DNA of 64,000 bases from Gammaproteobacteria bacterium (GTDB lineage Bacteria > Pseudomonadota > Gammaproteobacteria > JBCCGL01), in NCBI GenBank assembly GCA_965277715.1, contig OZ255836.1, positions 3,680,001 through 3,744,000 on the forward strand. Reading direction: 5' to 3'. A program made the position numbers and the translations under genes. Of the stretch, positions 19,419-30,060 are shown piece after piece. Each line of letters starts with the position of its first letter. Position 1 is the first letter of the stretch. The notes beneath the pieces are model-generated. The model saw only the letters and a list, made by a program, of their open reading frames with translations, did not search any database and was not told the DNA's origin.

Positions 19419-20072
19419 ATGCCACTGCAACGTATTGGTGTGCTGGGGGGCACGTTCGATCCGGTGCATTTTGGCCATTTGCGTTTTGCGGTCGAGTTTC
19501 GCGATAGGCTTTTTGCCGATGGAGGCGACAGTTGTATCCACTTAATTCCCTGCCATATTCCACCGCACCGCGATCAACCTATCGCAACCGCACAGCAACG
19601 CCTGGAAATGTTGCGGCAGGCGATTGGTGGGCGGCCCGGTTTTCGTGTTGATTCACGCGAGCTGGATTCACAGCGACCCTCTTTCTCAATCGACACGCTG
19701 TTGTCATTGCGCAATGAATTTCCCGCTGCGCAGCTAATATTGGCGATTGGTATGGATGCGTTTGCCGGTTTTCGCCGCTGGCACCGCTGGCAGGATATTT
19801 TGCAGGTGGCCTGTTTGTTGGTGAGTACCCGGCCCGGCGTGCATGGGACGCTGGAGAATAGTGTGATCCGGGAGAATGAATGGGCGCGGCAGCGCCTGGT
19901 CGCACCAGAGCAACTGCACAAAGCGGGGCAGATTGCTGTACTGGAGATGACACCGCTGGCCATTTCATCGAGCGCAATCCGGTCTGTTATTGCAGCGAAC
20001 GGCTCGGTGGATTTTTTATTGCCGGCGTGTGTCGCCGCGTATATCACTGCACATAACCTTTATCGGTGTTGA
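19419..20072 (+). CDS. nadD: Nicotinate-nucleotide adenylyltransferase
   Basis: GGTFDPVHFGH, IGMDAF and ISSSAIR; gene context. Confidence 0.95.
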   Translation: MPLQRIGVLGGTFDPVHFGHLRFAVEFRDRLFADGGDSCIHLIPCHIPPHRDQPIATAQQRLEMLRQAIGGRPGFRVDSRELDSQRPSFSIDTLLSLRNEFPAAQLILAIGMDAFAGFRRWHRWQDILQVACLLVSTRPGVHGTLENSVIRENEWARQRLVAPEQLHKAGQIAVLEMTPLAISSSAIRSVIAANGSVDFLLPACVAAYITAHNLYRC

Positions 20073-20105
20073 TACAATGCCGGGAATCGTTACATCAAGG
20101 GCTTT

Positions 20106-20486
20106 ATGAACACAGAACAACTCACCTCACTCGCCAGGCAGGCGCTGGATGACCTCAAGGGGCTCGATATCAGTGTGCTGGATGTGCGCGAAAAAACCAG
20201 CGTTACGGACACGATGGTTATCTGTACAGGCAGCTCGGTACGCCATGTTAAATCGCTCGCCAACGAAGTGATCGTCAACTCCAAACAGGCCGGTTTTACC
20301 CCGCTGGGCAGTGAGGGCGAAGATCAGGGTGATTGGGTACTGGTCGATCTCGGCGATGTGGTGGTGCATGTGATGACAGAGAAAACGCGCAATTTCTACA
20401 GCCTGGAGAAACTGTGGAGTATCGGCGGCGACGATACTGATAACCAAAACGTATTGGAACCCAACCGCATACACCAGCAAAGATAA
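20106..20486 (+). CDS. rsfS: Ribosome silencing factor
   Basis: [20 protein letters not shown] and FYSLEKLW. Confidence 0.95.
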   Translation: MNTEQLTSLARQALDDLKGLDISVLDVREKTSVTDTMVICTGSSVRHVKSLANEVIVNSKQAGFTPLGSEGEDQGDWVLVDLGDVVVHVMTEKTRNFYSLEKLWSIGGDDTDNQNVLEPNRIHQQR

Positions 20487-20636
20487 CCCCTAATGGAGGA
20501 TGCCTTAAAACCACTGCGCCCGGTGATGCGGCGTTGGGAATCGACAAAAAATGCGTATTTACTCCGTGTAAGCGGCGTTTTTTTGTCAATTTCCACCTCG
20601 CCTCACCTTCGCTCGTGACGTTTTAAGACACCCGCC

Positions 20637-21131
20637 ATGCGTGTGCACCTGCTGGCAGTCGGCCAAAAGATGCCCCGTTGGGTCAGTGATGGCTACCTCG
20701 GGTACGCCCGTCGGCTGCGCGGTGAGTTACAACTTGAGCTTAAAGAAATTGCACCGGGAAAGCGTACCCGTACTACCAGCGGTAACATGGTGTCACGCCT
20801 CGTTGAACAAGAGGGTGAGCGGCTGCTCAATGCGATTCCACGCCGTGCGCAGGTGATCGCGCTCGATGTCACGGGGCGCCACTGGTCTACCGAACAGTTG
20901 TCGCTGGAGGTGGCGCGCTGGTTGTCGAGTGGCAATGATACTGCGCTACTTGTCGGCGGGGCGGATGGCCTGTCACCCGCCTGCCTGGCACGGGCAGATG
21001 CCCGTTGGTCCTTGTCGGCGATGACATTTCCCCACCCGCTGGTGCGTGTGATTGTGGCTGAGCAACTCTACCGTGCGGTCAGTTTGTTGCACAACCATCC
21101 TTATCACAGGGCGGGTCACCGGGTGGATTGA
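20637..21131 (+). CDS. rlmH: 23S rRNA m3Psi1915 methyltransferase
   Basis: AVGQKMPRWV, GGADGL, TFPHPLVR..EQLYRA and HPYHR. Confidence 0.97.
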   Translation: MRVHLLAVGQKMPRWVSDGYLGYARRLRGELQLELKEIAPGKRTRTTSGNMVSRLVEQEGERLLNAIPRRAQVIALDVTGRHWSTEQLSLEVARWLSSGNDTALLVGGADGLSPACLARADARWSLSAMTFPHPLVRVIVAEQLYRAVSLLHNHPYHRAGHRVD

Positions 21132-21784
21132 TGGCACTGGTATTGGCTTCAGCGTCACCCCGACGACAGGCATTGTTGTCACAGCTTGGACTTAGCCATC
21201 GCGTATTGCCGGTCAATATTGACGAAACGGTCAACGACGGCGAAACCGCCGAGGTGTATACGCAGCGCCTGGCGCGTGAAAAGGCCCAGGCTGGTTTATC
21301 CCAGTTTAATTTATCCCGGGTTGATTTATCCCAGGTTGATTTATCCCGGGTTGATTTATCCCGGGCAGTTTCAGACAAGAACGATAATTGCGTGGTTATC
21401 GGTGCCGATACGGTGGTTTGCCTCGATGGTAATATTCTGGGTAAACCGGTGGATAAGGCGCACGCGTTAGCTATGCTGGGCGCACTTTCGGCCCGTAGAC
21501 ACTGTGTTATCACCGCGTTTACGGTCATTTCTGCGGTGCGTGAAATCAGCGGCTGTTGCAGTACAGATGTCTGGTTGGCAAATATAAGCCCTGCGCAACG
21601 CGAAGCGTATTGGTACAGTGGTGAACCTTGTGATAAAGCGGGTGCCTATGCGATACAGGGGCTTGGTGGCGTATTTGTCGAGCGTATTCAAGGTAGCTAT
21701 TCAAATGTCGTGGGCTTACCACTCCACGCGCTATCGACGGCATTGCAGGCTTTTGGGGTTGATGCACTGCGATCGAAACAATAA
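21131..21784 (+). CDS. maf: Maf family nucleotide pyrophosphatase (YhdE-like)
   Basis: LASASPRR, GADT, GKP, DKAGAYAIQG and NVVGLP. Confidence 0.93.
   Translation: MALVLASASPRRQALLSQLGLSHRVLPVNIDETVNDGETAEVYTQRLAREKAQAGLSQFNLSRVDLSQVDLSRVDLSRAVSDKNDNCVVIGADTVVCLDGNILGKPVDKAHALAMLGALSARRHCVITAFTVISAVREISGCCSTDVWLANISPAQREAYWYSGEPCDKAGAYAIQGLGGVFVERIQGSYSNVVGLPLHALSTALQAFGVDALRSKQ
21295..21365 (+). repeat. 15-bp in-frame tandem repeat (nearly 5 units) within maf
   Basis: TTTATCCCRGGTTGA units encoding LSQFN-LSRVD-LSQVD-LSRVD-LSR. Confidence 0.9.
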
Positions 21785-21800
21785 TTCTAATGGTTGAGTG

Positions 21801-23288
21801 ATGAGCGAAGAACTACTGATCAATGTAACACCCCAGGAAACGCGTGTGGCGACCGTCGAGAACGGTGTATTGCAAGAGGTGTGGGTTGAGCGTGCCAGTA
21901 AACGCGGCCTGGTTGGCAATGTATATAAAGGGAAGGTGGTGCGTGTACTGCCGGGGATGGATGCCGCTTTTATTGAAGTGGGCCTGGCACGTGCGGCATT
22001 TTTGCATGTTGCCGATATTGCCGATAAAGACAAATTTGACGTGGGTGAGAACGGCGAGCGACGGCAGAAACTGATTGGGGAAATTCTACGCACAGACCAG
22101 GAAGTGCTGGTGCAGGTGGTAAAAGACCCTCTTGGCACCAAAGGCGCCCGTTTGACTACGCACTTGACCATACCCTCGCGCTATCTGGTGTATATGCCCT
22201 ACGAAACGACACTGGGTGTCTCTGGCAAAATTGAAGGCAGCGTTGAGCGCGAACGCCTCAAGGCAATTTTGCACAGCGTGGTGGAAGCAGGCGAAGGGGG
22301 TTTTATTGTGCGTACTGCCGCAGAGGGGGTCGATGAGGCCGCGTTGAAACACGATATTACTTTTTTGCGCAAAATCTGGCGTTCACTGCAAAAAAGAGCC
22401 AACTGTACCTCGCCCGGAAAAGCGAAGACACCGGGGTATGTTGTGCATGAAGATCTGCCACTGGTGCTGCGCACCCTGCGCGATCTTGCGGGTGATGCCA
22501 TTGAGCGCATTCGTATTGACTCGCGTGAAAACTACCAAAAAGCACTGGCATTTTGCCACGACTTTTTACCGGGCATGAGCAGCACCATCGAACACTACCC
22601 CGGTGAGCGACCAATTTTTGATATCTACGCTATCGAAGATGAAATTCAAAAGGCACTGGGTAACAAGGTACAACTCAAATCCGGTGGTTACCTGATTATC
22701 GATCAAACCGAATCAATGACCACTATTGATGTCAATACGGGTGCTTTTGTGGGCTATAGCACCCTGGAAGAAACCATTTTTAAAACCAACCTCGAAGCGG
22801 CGCAAGCCATTGCGAGGCAGCTACGGCTGCGCAATCTCGGCGGTATTATTATCCTCGATTTTATCGATATGATCGAAGAGGGGCATAAGCAACAGGTATT
22901 GCGGGCGCTGGAAAAAGCCCTGGAACGGGACCGTGCACGCTTTCAGATTAGCCCGGTGTCTTCGTTGGGTCTGGTGGAAATGACCCGCAAGCGCACGCGT
23001 GAAAGCCTTGAACATGTGCTGTGTGAGGTGTGCAATGTATGCAGCGGGCGCGGCACAGTAAAAACCGCCGAGACCGTTTGCTATGAAATTCAGCGTGAAA
23101 TTATCCGCCAGGTGCGCCAGTTTGATGTGCGCTCGCTGACGGTTCTGGCCTCTCAGGAGGTTGTCGATATGTTGGTCGATGAACAGTCCACGGCGCTCGC
23201 TGAGCTGGAGGCGTTTATCGGAGTGCCGGTTCGCTTGCAGGGCGAGTATATGTATAACCAGGAACAGTACGACGTAGTGCTGGTCTGA
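21801..23288 (+). CDS. rng: Ribonuclease G
   Basis: S1 domain GNVYKGKV, TTIDVNTG and LRNLGGIIILDFIDM. Confidence 0.96.
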   Translation: MSEELLINVTPQETRVATVENGVLQEVWVERASKRGLVGNVYKGKVVRVLPGMDAAFIEVGLARAAFLHVADIADKDKFDVGENGERRQKLIGEILRTDQEVLVQVVKDPLGTKGARLTTHLTIPSRYLVYMPYETTLGVSGKIEGSVERERLKAILHSVVEAGEGGFIVRTAAEGVDEAALKHDITFLRKIWRSLQKRANCTSPGKAKTPGYVVHEDLPLVLRTLRDLAGDAIERIRIDSRENYQKALAFCHDFLPGMSSTIEHYPGERPIFDIYAIEDEIQKALGNKVQLKSGGYLIIDQTESMTTIDVNTGAFVGYSTLEETIFKTNLEAAQAIARQLRLRNLGGIIILDFIDMIEEGHKQQVLRALEKALERDRARFQISPVSSLGLVEMTRKRTRESLEHVLCEVCNVCSGRGTVKTAETVCYEIQREIIRQVRQFDVRSLTVLASQEVVDMLVDEQSTALAELEAFIGVPVRLQGEYMYNQEQYDVVLV

Positions 23289-23314
23289 TAACGTTATCGA
23301 TAACCCTCTCCCTT

Positions 23315-26300
23315 ATGTTGCGTAAATTCCGACAGGTTCTATGGCTGACCGCCGCCGTGTTGCTGATCGTGTTTGCAGCGGCGTTGGCGCTGGTGCGCCT
23401 GGCCTCGCCGCTGGTCTCCAATTACACCGCGCAGCTCGAAATGCTGGTAGCGGAAAACCTTGGTACGCCTGTGCGTATTGGTGAGATGACGGTTCAATGG
23501 CGCGGTTGGGCGCCGCGCATGAAGTTGCGCAATGTGGTCTTAACCGGGCCAACCGGCGAGGGGGAACTGCTGCGTTTAAAGGAAGTATTTTTCACAGTGC
23601 AGCTAAGTCGGCTATTGTCTGGTGAGCGTATGCAAATCGCCGATATTCGCTTCGATGGCCTTCACGTTGTTGTGCGGCGTGACCCCAATGGCCGTATTGC
23701 GGTGAGTGGGATATACACAGACACGCAGGTGGGCACTATTGCTCAAACACCCACTCAGGATGATGGGCTTGCCGATGTATTGAGCGCTCTGTTATTGCTC
23801 GGCCGCATCGATTTCACCAACGGGTCGATTGTGTTTAATGATGCGGTGCGTGGCATCGATTACACTTTCCCCAAGACGAATATTCACCTGCAAAACACAG
23901 GTGACCAACACCAGGTTTACGCCCATATCGCGTTGCCCCCCGCGTTGGGCGAACAACTGGATATTCACCTGGATTTGATCGGTGGTGGCACCGATTTCAA
24001 CCGTTGGCACGGTGCTGCGTATATCGCTGGGCGCGGGCTGCAATTGACCGAGTGGCTCGATGTTATCCCTGATAATCCGGTGGCGCTGCACAGCGGATCA
24101 TTGGACTTCTCACTGTGGGGCGACTGGCGTGAAGGTCAATTACAGTCAGTCCTTGGACAGTGGGATAGCGGGCAAATTGCCCTGGCTGCGGGAGACAGCC
24201 AGATGGACAACAGCCAAACGGGTAATGAACAAGCTGATCACAACGATAGCCGTGTAGCGCCCTGGCGTATCGACCAACTGACGGCATCGGCACATTGGCA
24301 GCGCAAGGCGTGGGGCTGGGACCTCGCCGTCAGTGATATTGCCGTTCAGCGTGAACAGCAGATATGGCCCCGCAACGCCATGCGTGTGGTAGCCAGAGAT
24401 AACGAAAAAGGCGAACAGGTGATAGAGGGCAACGGCCATTTTGTGCCTGTGGCTGATTCCGTTAGCCTGGTGTTGGCGACTGTGCTGAGTGATACCCCAC
24501 CAGCTCAGCAACTAAAGGCTATGCAACCCCAGGGGATGCTGAATAACTGGCAGTTTGAATACAACACGGCGCTGCCGGTAAAAACGGGGATAAAAATAGC
24601 CAGTGATTTTACCGGTGTAGGCTACCGGGCAGACGGGGATATTCCCGGTGTCGAAGGTTTACACGGGGTGTTTCGCGGTGTAGGTGAAACGCTGGAGCTG
24701 GATGTCGATAGCCGCAATGTCGTGGTTGACGCCCGCCCCCTGTTTCGCCATGTCATGCAGCTTGACACGCTCGCAGGCCTTACCCAGGTACGCCTGCTGG
24801 AAAAGGGGGTGAGAGTAATCGCTGAACACCTGGTGGTTGAAAACGCCGACCTCAAATCGAGCGCCCGATTTGATATTGACTACCGCGAGGGCGCACCGTT
24901 GCTAATGGATATACAGGCCAATTTTCACGATGGTCAGGGCCACAATGGCTACAAATACCTGCCCGTTGGCATTATGGATGACGAACTGGTCGAATGGATT
25001 GATACGGCGGTGGTCGGTGGTATGGTGACGCAAGGTTCACTATTGTTGCGGGGTAGTGCAGAAGACTTCCCCTATGCCAATGGCGAAGGTGTATTTGAGG
25101 TTGAGAGTGATGTGCAGGACGTAACACTGAACTATGACCCCGATTGGCCGATAGCGTCGGGTGTCGATGCCAAACTGCATTTTTCCGGCCCCTCATTCAG
25201 TGCCCAGATACGTAAAGGCCAGGTGCAGGAATCGTCTATCGATAATGTGCTGGGGTACATTGAAGATATGGAAAACCCCGTGGTTGAGGTCAAGGGCACA
25301 TTGAGTACACAGGTGCCCAAGCTAATCGATTTTGCGGTGACAGGCGCACTGTCAGACCACCTATACGCAACGTTTAACACCTTTAGTGGGAGTGGGCGCG
25401 CAGGTGTGGCGGTCGATATTAATTTGCCGATAGGGGAAGGCACACCCCCGGTCAGCGTTAAGGGTGGGGTTACCTTTGATGATGCACATTTTTATCTCAC
25501 GGGTATTGATACGAAACTTTCCGCCGTGAACGGCACGGTTAAATTTACGCAGAAAGGGGTGAGTGCAGAAAACCTTCAAGTGGTCGCTCTCGATACGCCG
25601 CTATCGGTCGATGCCGCATCACAGCCCCAGGCAAATGGGCAGCACAATACCCTGATCAGTATTCGCGGTGATATACCCGTAAGCCGTGTGCTGGAGAGGC
25701 TGGACATTCCATTTGGCCATTATTTTAAGGGGCGATCGGCGTGGTTGGTGGAATTGAATATCGCCCCGCCGCGCTCGCGAACTGAAGCGGGTGAAATCGA
25801 TTTGACGGTGCACAGTGACCTTGTTGGTACGCATATCGATTTACCGGCTCCGCTGTGGAAGCCGGTAAAACAAACCCGGCCATTTTCTTTGTCGGTGCGG
25901 GTTGCAGGGCCGCGTCGGCTTGAGCGCTGGCAGGCCCGTTACGCAGATATTCTCAGTGTTGCGGCGAAAACGCCCGCCGCACGGCCAACCCCCCAAAGTG
26001 TCATGCTTAACTTTGGTGGGGGTGAGGCCAAACTGCCCAAAACGGATGGCTATTATGCTAAGGGCAATGTCGATATAGTCGATTTTGACGCCTGGCGTGA
26101 CATGTTGTTCAAACTGGCAGAGGATAAGACTATGCCAGAGCGCGTATTTGGCGCATTGATCAATACGCAACTACACATTAACCGCCTGCACGTTTTTAAT
26201 TCACACATTAATGCTATCGATCTAACCATTGAGAGTGAAAGCAATGCCTGGCAGATCAATGCCAATAGCGATCTGTTGAGTGGTTACGCACGCCTGCCGC

Positions 26301-27232
26301 GCCCTTTCGATTCTGCCAATGCGTTCAAGGTTCACTTCTATAAGTTCGACTACGATGCACTGAAGGCCAATTATATTAATCCACTGGAAGAAGTGCCTTT
26401 ACTCGATCCGCGTACAATACCGCCGTTCAGTATCACCATGGACGAGCTGTTATGGCAGTCTTACCTGCTCAAACAAGTCAATATTGTCGCTCAACCACGC
26501 AAGAATGGCCTGTTGCTGTCCCCAATCAGTGTCGATAACGAGTACATGCATATGAGTGGAACGGGCTTGTGGTCTTATCAGCCAAAAGCCGATGAGCACA
26601 ATACGTTTTTGGGGTTGCGCTTCGGCAGCAAAAATATCGGCAAAGCGCTGGAAGAAATGGGTAAGGAATCAGTGATTGGTGAGGGGCATGGTTATATTAA
26701 GGTCGATCTTAACTGGCCAAATACGCTATACAGCCCAGATACGGAAAGCCTTATCGGATCACTGGATCTGCGCTTCAAAAAAGGCCGTGTTTTAACAGTC
26801 GACCCAGGGGCGGGCCGCCTGGTGGGTTTGCTGGCGCTCCAGGAACTGCCGCGCCGCCTTTTGTTCGACTTCAGTGATGCGACAGAAGAGGGTACTGAGT
26901 TTGATAACGTCGCTGGCGGTATGACAATCACTGCTGGCCAGGTGCGCACCGCGCTGGTGCGCATGCAAGGGCCTATTGGTGTAATTGATATGCGCGGCAG
27001 TTCCAACCTACTGGATAAAACCTATGATTACGATATTGCCGTTCTGCCGCAATTGGGATCTACCCTACCCGTGCTGGGAGCAATCGCAACGGGAGGGCTG
27101 GCGGCGGGTGTGACGGTATTCCTGACGGATAACCTGTTAAAAGGGCTGGGCATTAATATAGATGCGTTAATCAAGCGCGATTACACATTAACCGGGAGTT
27201 GGGATGCCCCTGTCTTTGAGAGAGTCGATTAG
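23315..27232 (+). CDS. yhdP: YhdP family AsmA-like phospholipid transporter
   Basis: 1305 aa, N-terminal TM helix, ELPRRLLFDFSD and Y.LTGSWDAP; follows rng. Confidence 0.9.
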   Translation: MLRKFRQVLWLTAAVLLIVFAAALALVRLASPLVSNYTAQLEMLVAENLGTPVRIGEMTVQWRGWAPRMKLRNVVLTGPTGEGELLRLKEVFFTVQLSRLLSGERMQIADIRFDGLHVVVRRDPNGRIAVSGIYTDTQVGTIAQTPTQDDGLADVLSALLLLGRIDFTNGSIVFNDAVRGIDYTFPKTNIHLQNTGDQHQVYAHIALPPALGEQLDIHLDLIGGGTDFNRWHGAAYIAGRGLQLTEWLDVIPDNPVALHSGSLDFSLWGDWREGQLQSVLGQWDSGQIALAAGDSQMDNSQTGNEQADHNDSRVAPWRIDQLTASAHWQRKAWGWDLAVSDIAVQREQQIWPRNAMRVVARDNEKGEQVIEGNGHFVPVADSVSLVLATVLSDTPPAQQLKAMQPQGMLNNWQFEYNTALPVKTGIKIASDFTGVGYRADGDIPGVEGLHGVFRGVGETLELDVDSRNVVVDARPLFRHVMQLDTLAGLTQVRLLEKGVRVIAEHLVVENADLKSSARFDIDYREGAPLLMDIQANFHDGQGHNGYKYLPVGIMDDELVEWIDTAVVGGMVTQGSLLLRGSAEDFPYANGEGVFEVESDVQDVTLNYDPDWPIASGVDAKLHFSGPSFSAQIRKGQVQESSIDNVLGYIEDMENPVVEVKGTLSTQVPKLIDFAVTGALSDHLYATFNTFSGSGRAGVAVDINLPIGEGTPPVSVKGGVTFDDAHFYLTGIDTKLSAVNGTVKFTQKGVSAENLQVVALDTPLSVDAASQPQANGQHNTLISIRGDIPVSRVLERLDIPFGHYFKGRSAWLVELNIAPPRSRTEAGEIDLTVHSDLVGTHIDLPAPLWKPVKQTRPFSLSVRVAGPRRLERWQARYADILSVAAKTPAARPTPQSVMLNFGGGEAKLPKTDGYYAKGNVDIVDFDAWRDMLFKLAEDKTMPERVFGALINTQLHINRLHVFNSHINAIDLTIESESNAWQINANSDLLSGYARLPRPFDSANAFKVHFYKFDYDALKANYINPLEEVPLLDPRTIPPFSITMDELLWQSYLLKQVNIVAQPRKNGLLLSPISVDNEYMHMSGTGLWSYQPKADEHNTFLGLRFGSKNIGKALEEMGKESVIGEGHGYIKVDLNWPNTLYSPDTESLIGSLDLRFKKGRVLTVDPGAGRLVGLLALQELPRRLLFDFSDATEEGTEFDNVAGGMTITAGQVRTALVRMQGPIGVIDMRGSSNLLDKTYDYDIAVLPQLGSTLPVLGAIATGGLAAGVTVFLTDNLLKGLGINIDALIKRDYTLTGSWDAPVFERVD

Positions 27233-27257
27233 GGGGCGCTTTCGCCCGTATTTTTTG

Positions 27258-27605
27258 ATGAAAAAGTCGATACAAAACCCCATTATTTGCCTGCTATTAT
27301 CCGGTGTACTTTGCCCTTTAGTCACGGCAGCAGATAGCTATACGCTGAGTGCGGATGAATGGGCGCGGCCACGCAGAGGTGATGTGGTGGTACAGTTACC
27401 CGCCGTTCGGCAAATGGTTGAAAAATGGATGCAAAGCGAACAGGCAGTGATTGATATTCGCTATCCGGGCGGTGAGGCGGGCAGTTTGTGGGCGTCTGAA
27501 CTGCACGACTGGCTGGTCGCGCTGGGTATACCGTCCAGTCTTATTACCTCGCAGGCGGGCAGCCCCAATGGTGATGAATTGATTATGCACATTGTGCAGA
27601 AGTGA
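27258..27605 (+). CDS. Hypothetical exported protein
   Basis: Signal-peptide-like N-terminus; WARPR and YPGGEAGSLWA. Confidence 0.6.
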   Translation: MKKSIQNPIICLLLSGVLCPLVTAADSYTLSADEWARPRRGDVVVQLPAVRQMVEKWMQSEQAVIDIRYPGGEAGSLWASELHDWLVALGIPSSLITSQAGSPNGDELIMHIVQK

Positions 27606-27733
27606 CTGTTCAGCGTGTTTGACTTATTTAGGGTTACACGATGGTAGTGAAACATAAGTATGAAAACGGTTCTTACAAGGTACACTGGCAGTCAAGTGAT
27701 CGGTGATTTATTTTATAGGGTGGATATAACTAA

Positions 27734-29182
27734 ATGGCAAATGTAGATGCAATGGCAGTGGCGAAGGCGCGTATCCTCGACCCGGCAGGGCTGGGTGAAG
27801 CTGAACTGAGCCGGGTGCTGGAGAGTATGCTGGCGTATAAGGTCGACGCAGGTGATATGTATTTCCAGCTTGGCCAGCATGAATCCTGGGTACTTGAAGA
27901 CGGCATTGTCAAAGAGGGTACCCACAGCATTGAGCAAGGTGTCGGTGTGCGCGCTGTCAGTGGAGAGAAGACGGGCTTTGCCTACTCGGATGAAATTGTC
28001 CTGCCCGCTTTGCTGAGCGCTGCAGAGTCGGCGCGTGCCATCAGTCGGGCGGGCCAGCAGGGGCAGGTGTGTGCCTGGCGTGCCTCACCGACAACCGGCT
28101 TGTATCAGCCTGTTGACCCAATAGGTAGCCTCAGTGCCGATGAAAAGGTGGCATTATTGCGGCGGGCCGATGCTGAAGCGCGCAAGCAGGATGTTCGGGT
28201 TAAACAAGTTATCGCGAGTATCTCCGCGAGCCACGATGTGATTTGTGTGGCCGCCACCGATGGCACGCTGGCCGCTGACGTACGCCCCTTAGTGCGCATC
28301 AATGTAATGGTGGTGGTTGAGGATGGCAACCATCGTGAACAGGCCAGCGCTGGCGGCGGCGGGCGCTATAGCCTGTCGGCGTTTAATGCCGATGACACTG
28401 TTGAAACCTACGCACGTGAGGCCGTGCGCCAGGCATTGGTTAACCTCGATGCGGTAGCGACCCCGGCGGGCACCATGAATGTCGTGCTCGGCCCCGGCTG
28501 GCCGGGGGTATTACTGCACGAGGCAATTGGTCACGGTCTGGAAGGGGATTTTAATCGCAAGGGCACCTCGGCATTCTCGGGTCGCATCGGCGACAAGGTT
28601 GCCTCTGAGCAATGCACCATTGTCGACGATGGGACGCTGGCGGATCGGCGCGGCTCGCTGACAATCGACGATGAAGGGGTTCCCGCAGAAAACACCGTAC
28701 TGATCGAAAACGGCAGGCTTAAAGGCTATATGCAGGACAAAATGAACGCACGTTTAATGGGGGGGCAATCGACTGGTAATGGTCGGCGCGAATCTTACGC
28801 CCACCTGCCGATGCCACGGATGACCAACACCTACATGCTCGCGGGCAAATACGACCCCGAAGAGATTATCGCCTCGGTTGATAAAGGCTTATACGCGGTT
28901 AATTTTGGCGGTGGCCAGGTCGACATTACGTCTGGAAAGTTCGTTTTTTCTACCTCTGAGGCGTATTTAATTGAAGGGGGTAAGATCACCCGGCCAGTTA
29001 AAGACGCCACGCTGGTGGGAAATGGCCCGGATGTACTGACCCGCGTATCGATGGTTGGCAATGACCTGGCCCTGGATACCGGTGTCGGTGTGTGCGGTAA
29101 GGAAGGGCAGAGTGTGCCGGTGGGTGTGGGCCAACCGACTTTGCGGGTGGATGGCTTGACGGTAGGTGGTACGGCGGCGTAA
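27734..29182 (+). CDS. tldD: Metalloprotease TldD
   Basis: [28 protein letters not shown] and [15 protein letters not shown]. Confidence 0.97.
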   Translation: MANVDAMAVAKARILDPAGLGEAELSRVLESMLAYKVDAGDMYFQLGQHESWVLEDGIVKEGTHSIEQGVGVRAVSGEKTGFAYSDEIVLPALLSAAESARAISRAGQQGQVCAWRASPTTGLYQPVDPIGSLSADEKVALLRRADAEARKQDVRVKQVIASISASHDVICVAATDGTLAADVRPLVRINVMVVVEDGNHREQASAGGGGRYSLSAFNADDTVETYAREAVRQALVNLDAVATPAGTMNVVLGPGWPGVLLHEAIGHGLEGDFNRKGTSAFSGRIGDKVASEQCTIVDDGTLADRRGSLTIDDEGVPAENTVLIENGRLKGYMQDKMNARLMGGQSTGNGRRESYAHLPMPRMTNTYMLAGKYDPEEIIASVDKGLYAVNFGGGQVDITSGKFVFSTSEAYLIEGGKITRPVKDATLVGNGPDVLTRVSMVGNDLALDTGVGVCGKEGQSVPVGVGQPTLRVDGLTVGGTAA

Positions 29183-29200
29183 TGATCCTCGTTGTCAGGG

Positions 29201-29905
29201 CTATGCGAGATATTTCACCCATTCATCGGGTGTGGCGCGCTCTGTGATAAGCGCGTTTTCAATCGCTGCGCCATCTGCATAGCCCACTGCCAGCCCACAC
29301 ACAACCACCTCCTCTTCACTGAGCGACAGCACCTGGCGAATTGGCCGGTGAAAATCGGCCCAGGCTGCCTGTGGGCACGTGTGCAGCCCCTGCTCGCGTG
29401 CCAGCAACATCATATTCTGTAAAAACATCCCGTAGTCGAGCCAACTGCCGGTGGCAAGTGCGCGGTGAATCGTAAAAATCACCCCTACCGGCGCATCGAA
29501 AAATTGAAAATTGCGGCGGTGCTGGGCGTGCATCTTATCCCGTTCCGCTTTGCCGATGCCGAGTAAGCCGTACAAATCCCAACCCACTTTCCTGCGCCGT
29601 GAGATATACGGCTCAAACCACTTTTCAGGGTAGTAACGCTGCTCGCCCTGGTGCTGCCCCCGCTCGTTATCAAAGGCGTGACATACCGCCTCGCACAGCC
29701 GTTGCCGGGTATCACCTTTCACCACATAGGCCTGCCAGGGTTGCATATTCGTGCCGCTGGGCGCTCTTGCGGCTTTTTCCAGGAGTGATGCCAGTTGCTC
29801 ATCGCTGACGTCAGTCGGTAAAAATGCACGCAGTGAACGGCGTGTGATAACTGCCTCACTGACAGTTTCGGCGGCGGTGTAACTGATGGTGCCCGGTTGA
29901 CTCAT
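29201..29905 (-). CDS. Nitroreductase family protein
   Basis: RRSLRAF, APSGTNMQPW and FFDAP. Confidence 0.9.
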   Translation of the reverse strand: MSQPGTISYTAAETVSEAVITRRSLRAFLPTDVSDEQLASLLEKAARAPSGTNMQPWQAYVVKGDTRQRLCEAVCHAFDNERGQHQGEQRYYPEKWFEPYISRRRKVGWDLYGLLGIGKAERDKMHAQHRRNFQFFDAPVGVIFTIHRALATGSWLDYGMFLQNMMLLAREQGLHTCPQAAWADFHRPIRQVLSLSEEEVVVCGLAVGYADGAAIENALITERATPDEWVKYLA

Positions 29906-30060
29906 AGGTCTCTACTTTGCAGGAACTGGTGAACCGAAGAGTGCCAGAAGAATAACCATTCTGCCAATGGTTGTTGACAGCCCTGTCTATTGTCAACTGA
30001 AACTTGACAGCGTCGTCTGCCTCTAAGCCATTTTCAATGGCGGCTATAGTGATAAATACG

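Noticed and set aside
21295-21365. Possible CRISPR array
   Set aside because: The 15-bp units are contiguous with no spacers, lie in frame within maf, and no cas genes are present
27734-29182. TldD as part of the RiPP pathway
   Set aside because: It sits in its usual rng-yhdP housekeeping context, far from the cluster
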